A stretch of 64,000 nucleotides of DNA from Azolla caroliniana (Eukaryota > Plantae > Polypodiophyta), in contig JBHGNT010000007.1 in assembly GCA_043228905.1 (NCBI GenBank), positions 7,502,001 through 7,566,000 on the forward strand. The letters run 5' to 3'. The notes below the pieces were generated by a model. It did not search any database. It was not told the DNA's origin and saw only the letters and a list, made by a program, of their open reading frames with translations. Below are positions 1 through 13,243 of the stretch, in pieces (position 1 is the stretch's first letter; the number at the start of each line of letters is the position of its first letter). The translations under genes were made by a program, and so were the position numbers.

Positions 1-2800
1 CACAAAACAAGTGGTATAATGAGGATTGTAGAGAGTTGTATAGACAACTTAAGGTGTCGCGACTTAGTGGTACTATTTCCTCAATACAGGCTCGCAAAGA
101 GATGTGCAAGATGACACGTCGTAAAAGACGAGCTTGGGAAGCATCTCAATATTGGGAACTTTACCATATGTTCATGAGTAGGGACTACGCCCTTGCATGG
201 AAGAGACTACAGGAACCGAGACAACAAACACCCATCGAGGATCCCAATATTTGGCACACATATATCGAGAGACTCTACCATGTCCCCAACCAACCACCCA
301 TTCCAATGCCTTCCACACCTTGACCTACCATGGGGACACTTTTCATGACCTCTAGGGTCACGAAGGTCATAAAAAAGTTACAACATAGGAAATCCATGGA
401 CCACATAGGATTGCGAACCGAGCACATCATATATGCTTGAGAGTGCCTAGCCCCCCTTCTCACTCTAATCTTCAATCGTGCCCTCGCTGAGGGTTTTCCA
501 CCACAATGGGCCATGAACACAGTGGCCCCTATACATAAAGAAGGGGACCCAATGGACCCAAATACATATAGGACCATTTTGATAGGTCATACACTCGCTA
601 AACTATATGGTGCAGTAATGGAAGCGGAGCTCAATGATTATATGGAAACGTTAAGTCTTCGCACACCTGAGCAGGCTGGCTTTAGACGAGCCTTCTCCAC
701 TATTGACCATATCTTCACACTTAGGTGCTTAATTGACCAGACGAAGGCTCGTAAGAAGAAACTATATTGTTGCTTTGTGAACTTCCGCAAAGCCTTTGAC
801 ACGGTTCCTAGGGAGAGGTTGTTTGATAGACTTAAGAGCTTGGAGATACCAAATGACATGATCTGGGCCATTTATGCCTTATATGAGCAAGTCTTTGGGT
901 GCGCATGATGCCCAGGTGGCCTATCCGATTGTTTCAGTAGCACCGTTGGTGTAAAACAGGGTTGCCCCTTGTCACTGACTCTTTTGGGATTTACATTGAT
1001 GAGATCACTGATTTTATTGCTCGAAAGGGAGTAGTTATTGGGGATACACAAATTAGTCTCTTACTGTACGCATATGACATTGTCTTGCTCTCAGAGTCGG
1101 AACACGACCTACAAAAGCATCTTAATGCCCTAGATGACTTTTGTACACAACGAGGACTGGTAGTGAATATAATGAAAACTAAAGTCCTTATCTTTCATAC
1201 ATCGTCCCGAGTTAGGAGTAAATGTCACCTAACCCTCCCTCATAAACTAGTTGAGGTAGTGGGATCATATGTATACTTGGGAGTCACTTTTAGTGCTCAC
1301 TTAGGTAAATTCTCGATGACCCAGGCAGCCAAAGATAGGCTAACGAGAGGGTATGCATCCCTCTCACTCTTAGAGAGACAATGCCACCAGGCATACTTTC
1401 AAGAGCCACGAACTAAGGGATGGCTCTTCGACTCATTAGTGACCCCTTCCCTCATGTATTCATCAGTAGTATGGGCCCTAGGTCTACCATCCTTCATGTG
1501 GACGCAATAAGAGAGACCTTTGGTGACGATGTTATCACGTCAACTCCGAAACAAATCGACAATACCGCATGACATTATTAGAGCAGAGTTTAGTCTACCC
1601 TCGATGTTAGTAGAAGCACTCTTTCAAATGGTAGTTTTTATTCATCGGATACATAGCCAACCACAAGATAGGATATCCCGTCGAGCCTTTAAGGCATCCC
1701 GATCCCTACATGCGTCTGGAGATACTAGCTCTTGGTATAGCATTGTGGTGAGTTGGTTACTTGCAAATGACATAGACATTAATAACCTACCTCCCCTTAA
1801 GTACAACCATGGGACTGATCAAACTCTAATATCTCATGAAGACCGTAATAAAGTGATATGCCAAGAAATATGGCAAATTTACACTCGATATAAATGGATC
1901 ACCCCACGAGAGCCACTCCCATCTAAAATGTTGTATTATAAGGAACACTTCTTGCACTTCTCTAAGTTAGGTTTTATTACACGACCAAGATATCTAGATA
2001 CATTCTTATCAAATGCACTAAGGGTGGCCATTGGACAACTTAGGATATCATCTCACCAACTTGAGATTGAGAATGGTCGAGCTAATAGAGTCCCTAGAGA
2101 GGAAAGGCTATGTAGGTTATGCCACATAGAGATAGAGGATGAGTATCACTTCACATGCAAGTGCCCAACTTATGCCGAGATACAGGCGGAATACCAAGAC
2201 ATATTAGGACCCTCTCCCACCCTCTCCAAACTATTAGATACCCTGAGTGTAAAAAGACTAGGTAGGTATATCTTAGAGCTAAAACAACATAGGGAGAATA
2301 AATTACAAAGTGTTAATCATAACCCATTTACTATTCATCAACATGTAACTAGTGTAATATTTCAAGAACAAAGGGAGACGATGAATGTGGATACACTTAC
2401 ACCGCTCAGCCTCTCCCTTGAGAAAGCAGAAATACAAAGAACAACCAAACACCCTCGGATGTTGGGCTTCAAAACAAGTCGACATGGAGTAGAAAAGATT
2501 AAGAAGATAAGGGAACGTGAGCTACGTCGACTAGAAGCTATGGTTGGGGTACCTTTTACATTGGGACCACGAGCCACATCCATATCGCAACCCTTCGAGA
2601 GACTTGGATGGAAATGAAATTAGGCCTAGTATAACATCTTTTCATTGTAGAACATGTTTTTTTTTTAGAACTATTTTTTATCTTATTTTGATTTTTTACT
2701 TTCGATGAATGAGTAAATATCCCATTTTTTGTAAACCATTTGTCTCATGGGCCAAATTTGGCCTTAGAAGACGTTAATATATCTTTCTTTCTTTCTTTCT
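1..2800 (+). mobile_element. RTE/RTEX-like non-LTR retrotransposon (LINE), 3' part with (TTTC)n tail; decayed
   Basis: ORF pieces give LINE RT motifs (PIHKEGD..NTYRTI, QAGFR, FRKAFDTV, GVKQGCPL, LLYAYDIVL) and a C-terminal zinc motif RLCRLC..EDEYHFTCKC. Ends ...GAAGACGTTAATATA(TCTT)n. The same 3' end recurs at 51334-51961. Confidence 0.85.
36..2617 (+). pseudogene. LINE reverse transcriptase ORF broken by stops/frameshifts
   Basis: ORFs 36-323, 513-908, 962-1510 and 1520-2617 are consecutive parts of one RT protein; the YADD motif has decayed to YAYD. Confidence 0.85.
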
Positions 2801-3014
2801 ATCACATCAAGAATAATGGATATAAACATGAATTCTTCTCAAATTGTGGGGGACATCGATATCTTTCTTTCTTTCTATCACATCAAGAATAATGGATATA
2901 AACATGAATTCCTCTCAAATTGTGGAGGACATCGATATCTTTCTTTCTTTCTATCACATCAAGAATAATGGGTATAAACATGAATTCCTCTCAAATTGTG
3001 GGGGACATCGATAT
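2785..3014 (+). repeat. Three tandem copies of a 76-bp unit at the RTE-tail/L1 junction
   Basis: ATCACATCAAGAATAATGG starts at 2801, 2877 and 2953; each copy is preceded by a (TCTT)n run. Confidence 0.95.
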
Positions 3015-5583
3015 GGAAACAATTGATCCAAAAAAGATTAATGTGATGGTTGAATGTAATCGTGAAAGGGAAGACATTGGAAGCTCTAAGAGGTTAAAGG
3101 GCATTGAGGAAATTAATGAGAAAAAAGCGACATATGCCGAAGTAATACATGTAGATGAGGTTGATAAGGATAATTGTAATTGGGATACTTTATGGGGAAT
3201 TGCCAATACCTTATTGTCTGATATTGCGGAAGAAAATGAAAATGCAGCGAAAGAATGCAATGATAAGGATGTGCATGATGTGGATGTTGATGCTAAGGTA
3301 GTGTTGCAATCTTTTGATGTATTCTATGATTGTGTAGTTATATTGTTTTTTACTGGGAAACTCCCATACATTAATTGGATTAAACAATGGTTGAACACAA
3401 TTGTGTCACCAAATTGTGTTGAAAATATATATGCAGGACCACGAGGGTTTCATGATGTAGTGTTTCGTTCACCGGAACATCGAAGTGCACTGTTGGCTAA
3501 AGTTCCAGTGTTTTTTGATAAACGATTGGTGCATGTAATGCAATAGTCCCCTGTTGTGGACTATCATGCTTTGTTGAAACAAGAATGCCCTGTTTGGGTA
3601 ATAGTGGATTGTAAGCATGCTTTTTTATGGCCACTTTCACTAGAGTTGATGAGTTAAATGGGTAAAATGTTGGTATCTCCACATGCAAATGCTACAAATA
3701 AGTACAGATTTTGTGTGTTATGGGATACAAGTCGTAAGAGGCCAGGATGGGTGCGTATGAACACACCTAGAATGAAAAGACTTTGTTTTAAATTGAAATG
3801 GGAGACATTTGTAGGTCACTATTTTGGATGTGGTGAATGGGGTCACTTTATGGCAGAATGCCATTGTCATTGTCCTTCAACTATAGAGATTCCTAATGAA
3901 GGGAATAGTAAGGAAGGAGTTGGGAGAGATGTTGGTGTGTTAGATATGGTGGTTGTTATGGATGAAGGAACATCATCTAGAGCAGGTTATAAAGAGGTTT
4001 CACTTCAAGGTTTGGGCCTTAAGAATAAGGGAACTCAATCTATGGATATGGAAAAACAAAATTTGGTGGTTATAGATAAGGGGAAAAAACCGTTGGATAG
4101 AACTAGTAATGATGTTGTTGTTGAAAAGGATTGGCATCAGGTTAAGGGCAAGTCGAAGGGCAAATCAATGAATATGCAACGTAATAGTTTGCCCACTACT
4201 CGTGAGACTACTTGGAAAAGTAATTCAGGAACTAGGGAGGGTCCTCAAAAAGTTCCTTGGAAAAGACAATTTAAGGATAATGGAAAAGACAACTCTAAGG
4301 ATGTGGTGCATGAAAATCCATATGCTACATTGGAACATGATTTGACTACTTTCATGACATTGGTTGCTCTAAAGGAGCAAGTGCACCCATAACATTGTTG
4401 ACTAAATGAAAGTGGTAACATGGAATGTGAGAGGGGAATGTTCTCCTCATAAGAAGTATATATTATGGCAAACTTTATTAAGTAAAGAATGGGATATATT
4501 ATGTGCAGTTGAGCATAAGTGTCATGAGTTAGCAGGATCCACAGTTCATTTGCGTGGATATTTATCATTCTATGCAAGACATCTTAATAATCATTATTCA
4601 GGTGTGGTATTAATCGTGCGGGATAAGTATTTTCCTCATGTGGTGCATAATGATCCTTATGGTCGGTTTTTGGTTCTAGAAATCACTTTTTTTGGCGAGG
4701 TTGTGTGGGTGGTTGGGATTTATGCCCCTAACCAAGCCACTCAACGTATGGGTGATTTTAACATGTGTGTTGATGCATCTCAATCTACGTCTGAACATTC
4801 AATCATGGATGATCCTGAGCAACTTGCTTGGGATTCATTAGCTATGGAGGTTTTGAAGTTGGATGTTTGGACATGGTTGCATGGGAATGATCCAGGTTTG
4901 ACCTTCTAATCCACTCAACATGGAGTCGGTTAGATAGAATGTATGTGATGCACAATGATTCTTTTTTACCGACATCACTTCGTATGACAGTTTTACAAGA
5001 TGTAGGACCTTCAAATCACTTTCCTATTTGTTTGGAAATTTGTGGTCATGCAATTCACATGTATAAATCCTTACTTGGAAAGCCTCCATTACGCTTTAAC
5101 TCTTCTCTTTTGCTTCAACCTCACTTTGATTCTCTCATGGAGCAAATTTTGGTAAATTTTTCACAAGAAGTGAATCTTAAAGGAGTTAAAGCATGGGATA
5201 TTACATTACAAAATATTAAGATCATTCATCATATGTATGGAGTAACTAATGAAAAACGAAGAAGAGGTCTTCTAAAATTCTCACAAGTTCTCTCTAGGTG
5301 TAATGCATTATTGATACGTGCACCTTTAGATGAGGAGCTTTTGGATATCCAAAGTCAATTGCATGTATTATTTCTTAGTTGCAATGCCAAAGTTATAGTT
5401 ATGCGACAATTGAGGGATGGGCTCATAGATAATCAATGTCAATTCCATTTGTTTTTCCAAGTGTTACATCCTACTTATACTCGATCTAATGTGGTACATG
5501 TGAAGCAAGGTGATGAATGGATAGTGGATCCTACTAAAATAATTGACATACGTGTTCATTACTTTAAGGAGTTGATTGACCCA
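2801..5583 (+). mobile_element. L1/Tx1-like LINE #1, 5' part (ORF1 and ORF2 endonuclease)
   Basis: ORF1 has a DUF4283-like region and a decayed zinc knuckle (FGCGEWGHFMAEC). ORF2 starts at 4406 with APE endonuclease motifs (VVTWNVRG, GIYAPN, MGDFN, SNHFPI). Continues at 22319 after the Copia insertion. Confidence 0.85.
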
Positions 5584-5648
5584 TGTAAAGAATCAAGAGA
5601 TGGATTCTTGTGAAGCGGAATAGGTGTGAATTGTGTGTGTGTGTGTAT

Positions 5649-5707
<59 letters not shown>

Positions 5708-5993
5708 TATACGCAAGGTTAAGTATATTAACAAAGGGGAAAAACACAACAACATACAAGGTGGGAGGAGGGTGCTTTATATAGTCACCCTCTCTCTTCA
5801 TTAACTACAAGACTCATGGAGCATGGGGAATGTGAAAGCTCATAAGTTATGTGTCATAGAATATGATTCTATGACTCATACTAAATGCTAGAATACAAAG
5901 TGGTGACTTAATGGTGACTCTTGACCGTTGGAGTGTCTATTCACTCTCAAGGTGAGTTCAGACACTAGACCAAGTTGAGCTTGATTCTCAACA
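5584..5993 (-). repeat. 3' LTR of Copia A (410 bp; contains (TG)n and (GA)n)
   Basis: TGTAAAGAATCAAG...CTTGATTCTCAACA, matching 20737-20989 plus 22171-22313; PPT (plus-strand CGCCCCCTCAA) at 5994-6004. Confidence 0.95.
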
Positions 5994-7789
5994 CGCCCCC
6001 TCAAGCTCAAGTCGGGTCGGTTTCAAACAGTTCCGGAGTCCGCGTCGACTCGCATCGATTCGTATTTTCCAGCTTGTGTTGTGCGTAGTTACGAAGTCTG
6101 TGCTTCGGCTTGCGTCTTTCTTCGCGGCTTTGTGTGGTTGCGGAATCTACACGTTATTGCGTAGTATCTTCAGTACTCCCCCTCAAGCTTGGCAGGTCAG
6201 GGATCGTCAATCCGAGATCGGTCATGAATTGCCATAGCTTGTCGGCTCCTAAGGCTTTAGTGAAGATGTCGGTCGTTTGAAGATTGGTGCTAATGTGCTG
6301 TAGGTCGACATCGCTAGCTAGAACGCGCTCTCAGATGAAGTGATAATGTACTTCGATGTGCTTTGTCCGCGCGTGGAACACCGGGTTCTGAGCCAGATAG
6401 ATACTGCTCATGTTGTCGTAGTAAAGGGAGGTCAGATCCTTGATGGGTACGCCCAGATCCTTCAAAATCCTCTTGAGCCATATGGCTTCACACGCAGCTA
6501 CGGTTGCGCCCCTGTATTTCGCCTCCGTACTCGAAAGAGCGACGCTAGGCTGCTTCTTGTTACTCCAGGATATTGCTTTGCTGCCGAGGGAGAAAACAAA
6601 TCCGGAGGTTGATCTTCTATCAGCTTTGTAGCCGGCCCAATCGGCGTCTGTGTACCCCTCGAGTCGTATTGGAATCGCGGTCTTGTAGAGGATGCCACAA
6701 TCCATTGTGCCACTCACGTATCGTAGAACTCGCTTAGCGCAATCCAAGTGAGTATCACGCGGTGTTTGCATGAATTGGCTAAGGAGACCGATCGGATAAC
6801 TGAGATCGGGTCGAGTGATCGTGAGGTAGATGAGACTCCCGATGAGTTGCCGATACTGAGTCAGCTCACGCGCATTGGTGCCGGAGTTTGCATCCAGTTT
6901 AATATTGTGATCGAGTGGGGTTGCGGCGGATTTGCACTCAACCATACCGAACTTGTATAACAAGTTGAGGATGTAGTGTTGTTGAGAGATCATGATTCCG
7001 GCTGGAGTCCGAATTACCTCGATGTGGAGGAAGTAGTGGAGCTCCTTCATGTCCGTCATCTCGAACTTGTCGGAGAGGAGGGATTTGACCTTATTGATGT
7101 CGACGAGATGCTCACCGCCAATTACTAGGTCATCCACATATAAAATGATGACGATCGGACTTGCGGAATCACTTCCTATGTAGAGGGAGTTGTCCGATTT
7201 TGACATACGGAAGCCGATTTGATGAAGTTATTGCATTATCTTTGAATGTCAAGCACAAGGTGCTTGCTTGAGGCCGTAGAGTGGTTTCTTGAGTCGGCAT
7301 ACAACTTCCGGATGGGTGCTCGAGTTGAAGCCGGGTGGTTGTATCATGTACACCTCCTCTCCCAATTCGCCTTGTAGAAAGGCGTTCTTGACGTCCATTT
7401 GATGGAGGTGCCACCCTTTCGCCGCGGCAAGCGCAATTACGGTCCGTACCGTTGTCGTGTGGTTTTTCACACACGATATGAAAACTAGTAAAATAATTAT
7501 TTACGATTAGCTTAATATATGGATATGGAAAGATATCAAGAGCTTAATAGCATATTTTACTACGCATAAAACGGATAAACAAGTATCAAGTTATGTGAGT
7601 ATGAAGTTTGAAGAAAAGAAAAGAAAAGACAAAATTGTGAGATATCCCACATAGATAGGACAACATTGGAACCCAGAATATATAAGGGAAACCAAAACAT
7701 ATTTGTTCTATCAATGTGTGGAGCATAGAATGTTCAGGGTGACTTGGGCTACATTATGTGGTATGCATGCTTTAGGTGTATGTGTGTGT

Positions 7790-8823
7790 GCATGGTTGCG
7801 TGGACGTTTTTTGATGCACCCGTGCATGGACGTCTTCGGATGTACGCGTGTGTGCAAGTTTCGGACGGGTGCGTATGTGTGGACGAGCGCGCGGACGCGT
7901 GCATGTGTGGATGCGTACACTACAGTGCGGTCAAGACTTTTGCGTGTGGATGTGTACACGGTGCGAGTTGGACGCGCGCGCGTGTGGATGCGTACACTAC
8001 TACGCGGTCGCGAGCGCGCGGACGCGTGTGTGCACGTTTAGGGCGTACGTGCGTGTGCATGGCTACGTGGACGTTTTCTAATGCACCCGTGCATGGACGT
8101 CTTCGGATGTACGCGCGTGTGCAAGTTTCAGATGGATGCGTATGTGCGGACGAGTGCGCGGACGCGTGTGCACACGCGCGCATGCGTGGATGCGTACACT
8201 ACGGTGCGGTCGAGACTTTTGCGCGCGGATGCGTACACGGTGCGGGTTGGACGCGCGCGCGTGTGGATGCGTACACTACTACGCGCGCATGTGTGGATGC
8301 GTACACTACGGCGCGGTCGAGACTTTTGCGCACGGATGCGTACACGGTGCGGGTTGGACGCGCGCGCGTGTGGATGCGTACACTACTACGCTCGCATGCG
8401 TGGATGCGTACACTACGGCACGGTCGAGACTTTTGCGCGCGGATGCGTACACGGTGCGGGTTGGACGCGCGCGCGTGTGGATGCGTATACTACTACGCGG
8501 TCGCGAGCGCGCGGACGCGTGTGTGCACGTTTAGGGCGTACGTGCGTGTGCATGGCTGCGTGGACATTTTCTGATACACCCGTGCATGGACGTCTTCGAA
8601 TGTACGCGCGTGTGCAAGTTTCAGACGGATGCGTATGTGCGGATGAGCGCGCGGACGCGTGTGTGCACACGCGCGCATGCGTGGATGCGTACACTACGGC
8701 GCGGTCGAGACTTTTGCGCGCGGATGCGTACACGGTGCGGGTTGGACGCGCGTGCGTGTGGATGCGTACACTACTACGCGGTCGCGAGCGCGCGGACACG
8801 TGTGTGCACACACGCGCACACGT
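7790..8823. repeat. CpG-rich higher-order tandem repeat (GGATGCGTACAC core), resuming at 16149-16270
   Basis: Repeated GTGGATGCGTACACTAC, GGTCGAGACTTTTGCGCGCGGATGCGTACACGGTGCGGGTTGGACGCGCG and CCGTGCATGGACGTCTTCG modules. The many ORFs here are repeat artefacts. Confidence 0.95.
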
Positions 8824-9650
8824 TGTCGTGCCTTTCGGCTCCGGATCGTTGCGTGAGTCGGGTGGGAACCACAGAGGTCTTGGACTAGGAGAAAGAAGTT
8901 CGTGAGATAGAGATTAATTATGAGTAAATAGCAAAGAGAAAGATAAGAAACTCGTGAATCACACGAGTATACTATATTAATTGGTACTTAGGGTGTTAAG
9001 AGAGAAGTAGATGTATAAATCGTGAATCCCACGAATAATTTTTGTATTGATTAATTCTTAATCCAAATAATCAACAACAACTACAATGTGCTCCCCGTCC
9101 TTATATAGTGATGGGAGAGACTAAGCATAGCTACATGCTTTTTCTAATATGATCATGCACACTAAATGTGCATGTAATGCTTTTTTTATTTCCTAAGTAT
9201 AGGGCCCATGCACGCTAGATGTGCATGAGTTATTTTTAGTGTCTCGCGTTTTTCTTTTTCATATATTAAGAAAAATACACGATTTACCTTTTAATAAAGG
9301 TATGCATAAATAAAGGTCTTATACATATTAAATCTATATTTAGAACACTTAAGAGAATTTAATGTAATGGTAAGGTTGGGATTTGTCAACGTGGAGGTGC
9401 AGAGTTCGAATCACGCCCTGCGCAGTAGTGAGTATTTCCTTTCTTTTTACATTTATGTCTCTTTATCCGGCTCTTCCTTGCCGGTATGCCGTTTTCTTCC
9501 TTGCCGGTATGCCGTTTTCCTCCTTGCCGGTATGCCGTTTTTCCCTCTTGCCGGTATGCCGTTTTCTTCCGGTTCTCACCGAGCACTCCATTCTCTATCC
9601 GGAGAGACAAAAATATAATTTCCACATAGTGTGCAACCTACACTACGACA
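8824..9650 (-). repeat. 3' LTR of the Gypsy element (contains a ~22-23-bp CTTGCCGGTATGCCGTTTT tandem array at ~9470-9573)
   Basis: Direct repeat of 15318-16144; termini TGTCGT..ACGACA. Confidence 0.97.
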
Positions 9651-12600
9651 CTCGCCCCCTCCAAACCCGCACATCCTCCGGTATGTGCCGAAGTTCTTGA
9701 TTCTTCGTATCCGTCTTCATCCGAAGCTTCCTCCGATTCTCCCCTTATGTCGACTATGAGTTGTAATCCACTTTCTTCGCTTCCCGCATCATTGTGGTCT
9801 TCGTCCGATTGCTCCTCGTTGTCGGCCTCGACTTGGATCACATAAGGTTTGTCGTCGGTCCGTTTCTTAAAAATCTTCACCCGCTTCCCGGCTATAGGCA
9901 CTCGTAGTATTGTTCCATCCAACTCGGACAGTCGGTACGTCCCGTTGTCGAAGACCTTCCGAACCTCGTACGGCCCGAACCACCTTTTCGCGAATTTCCG
10001 CATCGTTGTATGTTGATGGTCCAAGCTACTATCATATATGATCACCCAATCTCCTTCTTCAATCCTCCTCGGTCGTAGTCGGTGCTTTGTGTCGAACCGG
10101 CTTTTGTTCCGGAATCGTGCTTCTTGTTGTCGACGTGATGCTTCCGCTACATCTTTCGGTCTTCCCTCCAGTTGTCGTATCCGGACCGCTAGTAGATCTT
10201 CCCGGCTCATCTCTTCCTTCCACGGTAGTATTGTCCATGTCGCGATTGCGGTTTCCGTTGGCATTACCGGTGCTTGTCCGGTCATGAGTTCTGCCGGCAT
10301 GTAACCGGTCACGGAGCTATGCGTCGTCCGATCCGCCCATAGTGCATACGGAAGCATTTGTGGTCAATCCTTCACCCTTCCGTCGCATGCCTTCGCAAGT
10401 GCTTTCACGATCGGACTATGTCCTCGTTCGATCTTCCCGTTGGCCTCCGGATTGTAGGCCGTTGTCAACGTTAACCGAACTCCATGTTTGGCGAAGAATC
10501 CCCTAGCTTTGTCCGAGTCGAGTTCTCCCCGGTCCGCAATCACTTGTCCTACGCAGCCGTACCTACAAAACACTTCTTCCAAAAGAAATTGGCACACCGC
10601 GGCACACGTTTTCCTCCGAAGCGCTCGACCTTCAACTTGGTTTGTGAGATCTTCTCGAGCTAACACCAAGTATTTCTTTTGTCCAATCCCGGTCGGCATA
10701 GCTACAATGTCGACCATCCACTTGAAGTTGATTGTCGGTGAGAATGTCGGATGCAGCTCATCTCGGTGTCGGACCCCGGAGTAGACTTGGCATTTCTCGC
10801 AGCTTTCTGTGAACTCCGCGACATCTTTATACATGTTCTTCCACCAATATCTTTGCTTGATTTTCACAAAAGTTGCCCATGTTCCTCGATGTCCAGCCCA
10901 ATCGGATTCGTGGAACTCGGACATTATCCGGTTTCGTTGCTCTTTCGTCCCGACTACTCGAAGTGGTATCCCATCCGGTCTTTTCGGCGTCCTCCATATT
11001 AAACCGTTTTCCAAGAAGAACTTTTGGACTTGCCTCTTCTTCCTTCGGATCTCGGCTCTCCTTTCTTTATCATTTGTTGAATCCTCGACCTCTTGTAGCA
11101 TCTTCCCGATCATCAAGGTTTCCCCCTCGTATTCTTCTTCCCGGAATTCTCGGATCACGTTCACTCGGCATATGTGTTCTGACGTGAAGTAGTCTTCGGA
11201 AACTTCTTCATTATCTGATTCGCTTATGTCGTCTTCAAACCGCGCCCTCGATAACATGTCTGCTACCGCGTTGTCCTTCCCCGAGATGTGTCGAACCTCC
11301 GGATTAAGTGACTTGACATATGCAATCCACCTTAGCATAGCCACATCCGGTATCGTACAACACCGCATCATCCCGAGTATCGTAAGACAATCCGTCTCGA
11401 TCACCACTTCAGCTCCGATCAAATAATCCCGATCCGATTTTATCGCCGACACGACTCCCCACAATTCTCTTTTGACTTGTGCATATCCGCGTTGCCTTTC
11501 GTTGAGGACCTTTGCTCCAAATCGGATCGGATACCGCGAACCATCCGAGTCGGCTTGATTGATGACCCACCCGATACCGGTTGGACTTGTATCAACCGTT
11601 ACTATGATTGGCCGCTCGTAGCTTGGCTTCTTAAGTGATTCCGCCCTCCATAGTGTCTTCTTGAGTTTCCTCATGGCTTTAGTGTGTTCCGGTTTCCACT
11701 CAAATTTCTTACCTTTCCGCAACAAGTGATATAGCGGGTCCGCTATATGTGCATAGTGCGGAATCCATATGTGATAGAATGCACACGCACCCAGAAACCT
11801 TCGGACTTCCGATGTTGACTCACATACTTCCTTCATAGCTTGAATCGCATCGATCTTTGTTGGTGACGGTCTTCGGCCGAAGGGTCCACATAGATGTCCG
11901 ACCACCAATATTTCTTCTTGACCGAATGCCGATTTCTCCCCGGAAAGTGTTAGGTGCACATCTTCTAGCTTTCGCAACACTTTCTCGCAATCATGAATAT
12001 GGTCGACCACGAACTTTCGGCATCCCCGATCATCCATAGTCTCATCTTTTTCTTCCACCGCGCATCCTTTCATCGGAATGTCATCTAGAAACGGCATCGT
12101 TATCTCCGGGATGCAATCTCGAAGCACCTTGTTCATCGCGTTCATCATATGTGCAACCGAGTTTGTCGCTCCTTGTGGTAGTGTGCACATTCGAACTAGT
12201 CCTATCGGTGTCCGCATGGTAGTGATGTCTCGGCTCTCCACGGCTAGTTGGAATTGGTCATACCCCGAGTATAGGTCCCCGATGGAGTATATCGCACGTC
12301 CGGCAAAAGCTTCCGCGAATTCGTCCACTATCGGACCGACTCCCGAGTTCCGGATCGTGACCTTGTTCACCGGTTGCAAGTCTTGGATGAATCGGAGTGA
12401 CCCATTCTTCTTCGGAACCGTAAACCATCGATTTGAGTACGGAGCACTTGATGGCTCTAGAATCCCCATCGCCACCTTCTCCTTGAGCAAGTCGATGACT
12501 TTCGGAATATGCGCCCGTGGCACCGGAATCGGCTTCAGGTTCCACGGTACATGATCAATCGTGAAAATCACCATCGGCTCCACTATCTTTGGATCAATGC

Positions 12601-13243
12601 ATCCGATCTCCCTCGATGTGAACGCGAATGCTTTGCCGTGTTGCTCCAACATCTCTCGAAACCGTTTTTCTTCTTCTTGTAAGAGGAACCCACCTCCACC
12701 GATCCGAAGTTTCTTCCGGGTCTCATCTGTGAAGGCATGTCCGATATCCACGGACTTCCGAAGTGTCGGATCTCCCGAGACTTCTTTCTTCTTTTGTTCG
12801 CTATCGGCGGGTAGTGGTCCCGCGGCCGGTTTCACCTTCTTCTCCACGGTCTTGTATTTCGTACTTACCATTGCTTCTTCTTTGCGGAGCGCATCCGGCC
12901 CCATTTTCGCAACGATCTCGTACATCTCGACCGATTCCACCGGGACTACCCGGTTCCCTTGGCTTTTATCTTCCGCAAGCTCTTCAAGCCGTTGCAGTGT
13001 ATTCCCATAGAACACTTCCTCGATCACTCCCACGATTTCTTCGTCTTCTTTTATTATTGATGCCGACCGTAACTTATCCTCCACTTGTCGGTATTGTTTC
13101 TTCATTCCTCTGGTTACGGCCGTGTACGTAGATGCCCCATCCGGGCCGATTCGTACTTGTTTTGCTCCGAGAGGTTTCTTCCTGTGTGGGGTATCAGGGC
13201 TTCTCGGACTATCACTTCCCCACTCCGCAACAGTCCGCTTTAA
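9638..13243 (-). CDS. Gypsy Pol (RT-RNase H-integrase) in the -1 frame; one premature stop at 10364-10366
   Basis: RT LPQGATNS and PFLDDI; RH VTVDTS and NAVADMLSR; IN H..GH..CEKC, IADRGE, NPEANGKIER and WFGPYEV. KD*PQMLPYALWA looks like a TGG>TGA change. Confidence 0.88.

Noticed and set aside
7703-8905. Many overlapping 77-276 aa ORFs and a superficially CRISPR-like periodicity
   Set aside because: The ORFs are translations of a stop-poor tandem repeat. There are no unique spacers and no cas genes, and the context is eukaryotic.
9360-9424. Functional tRNA gene
   Set aside because: Acceptor and T stems do not pair; kept only as an A/B-box-like finding.
10364-10366. Programmed read-through or RNA editing of the integrase TGA
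   Set aside because: Best explained as a TGG>TGA mutation at a normally Trp position; stop-repairing editing in plants is organellar.
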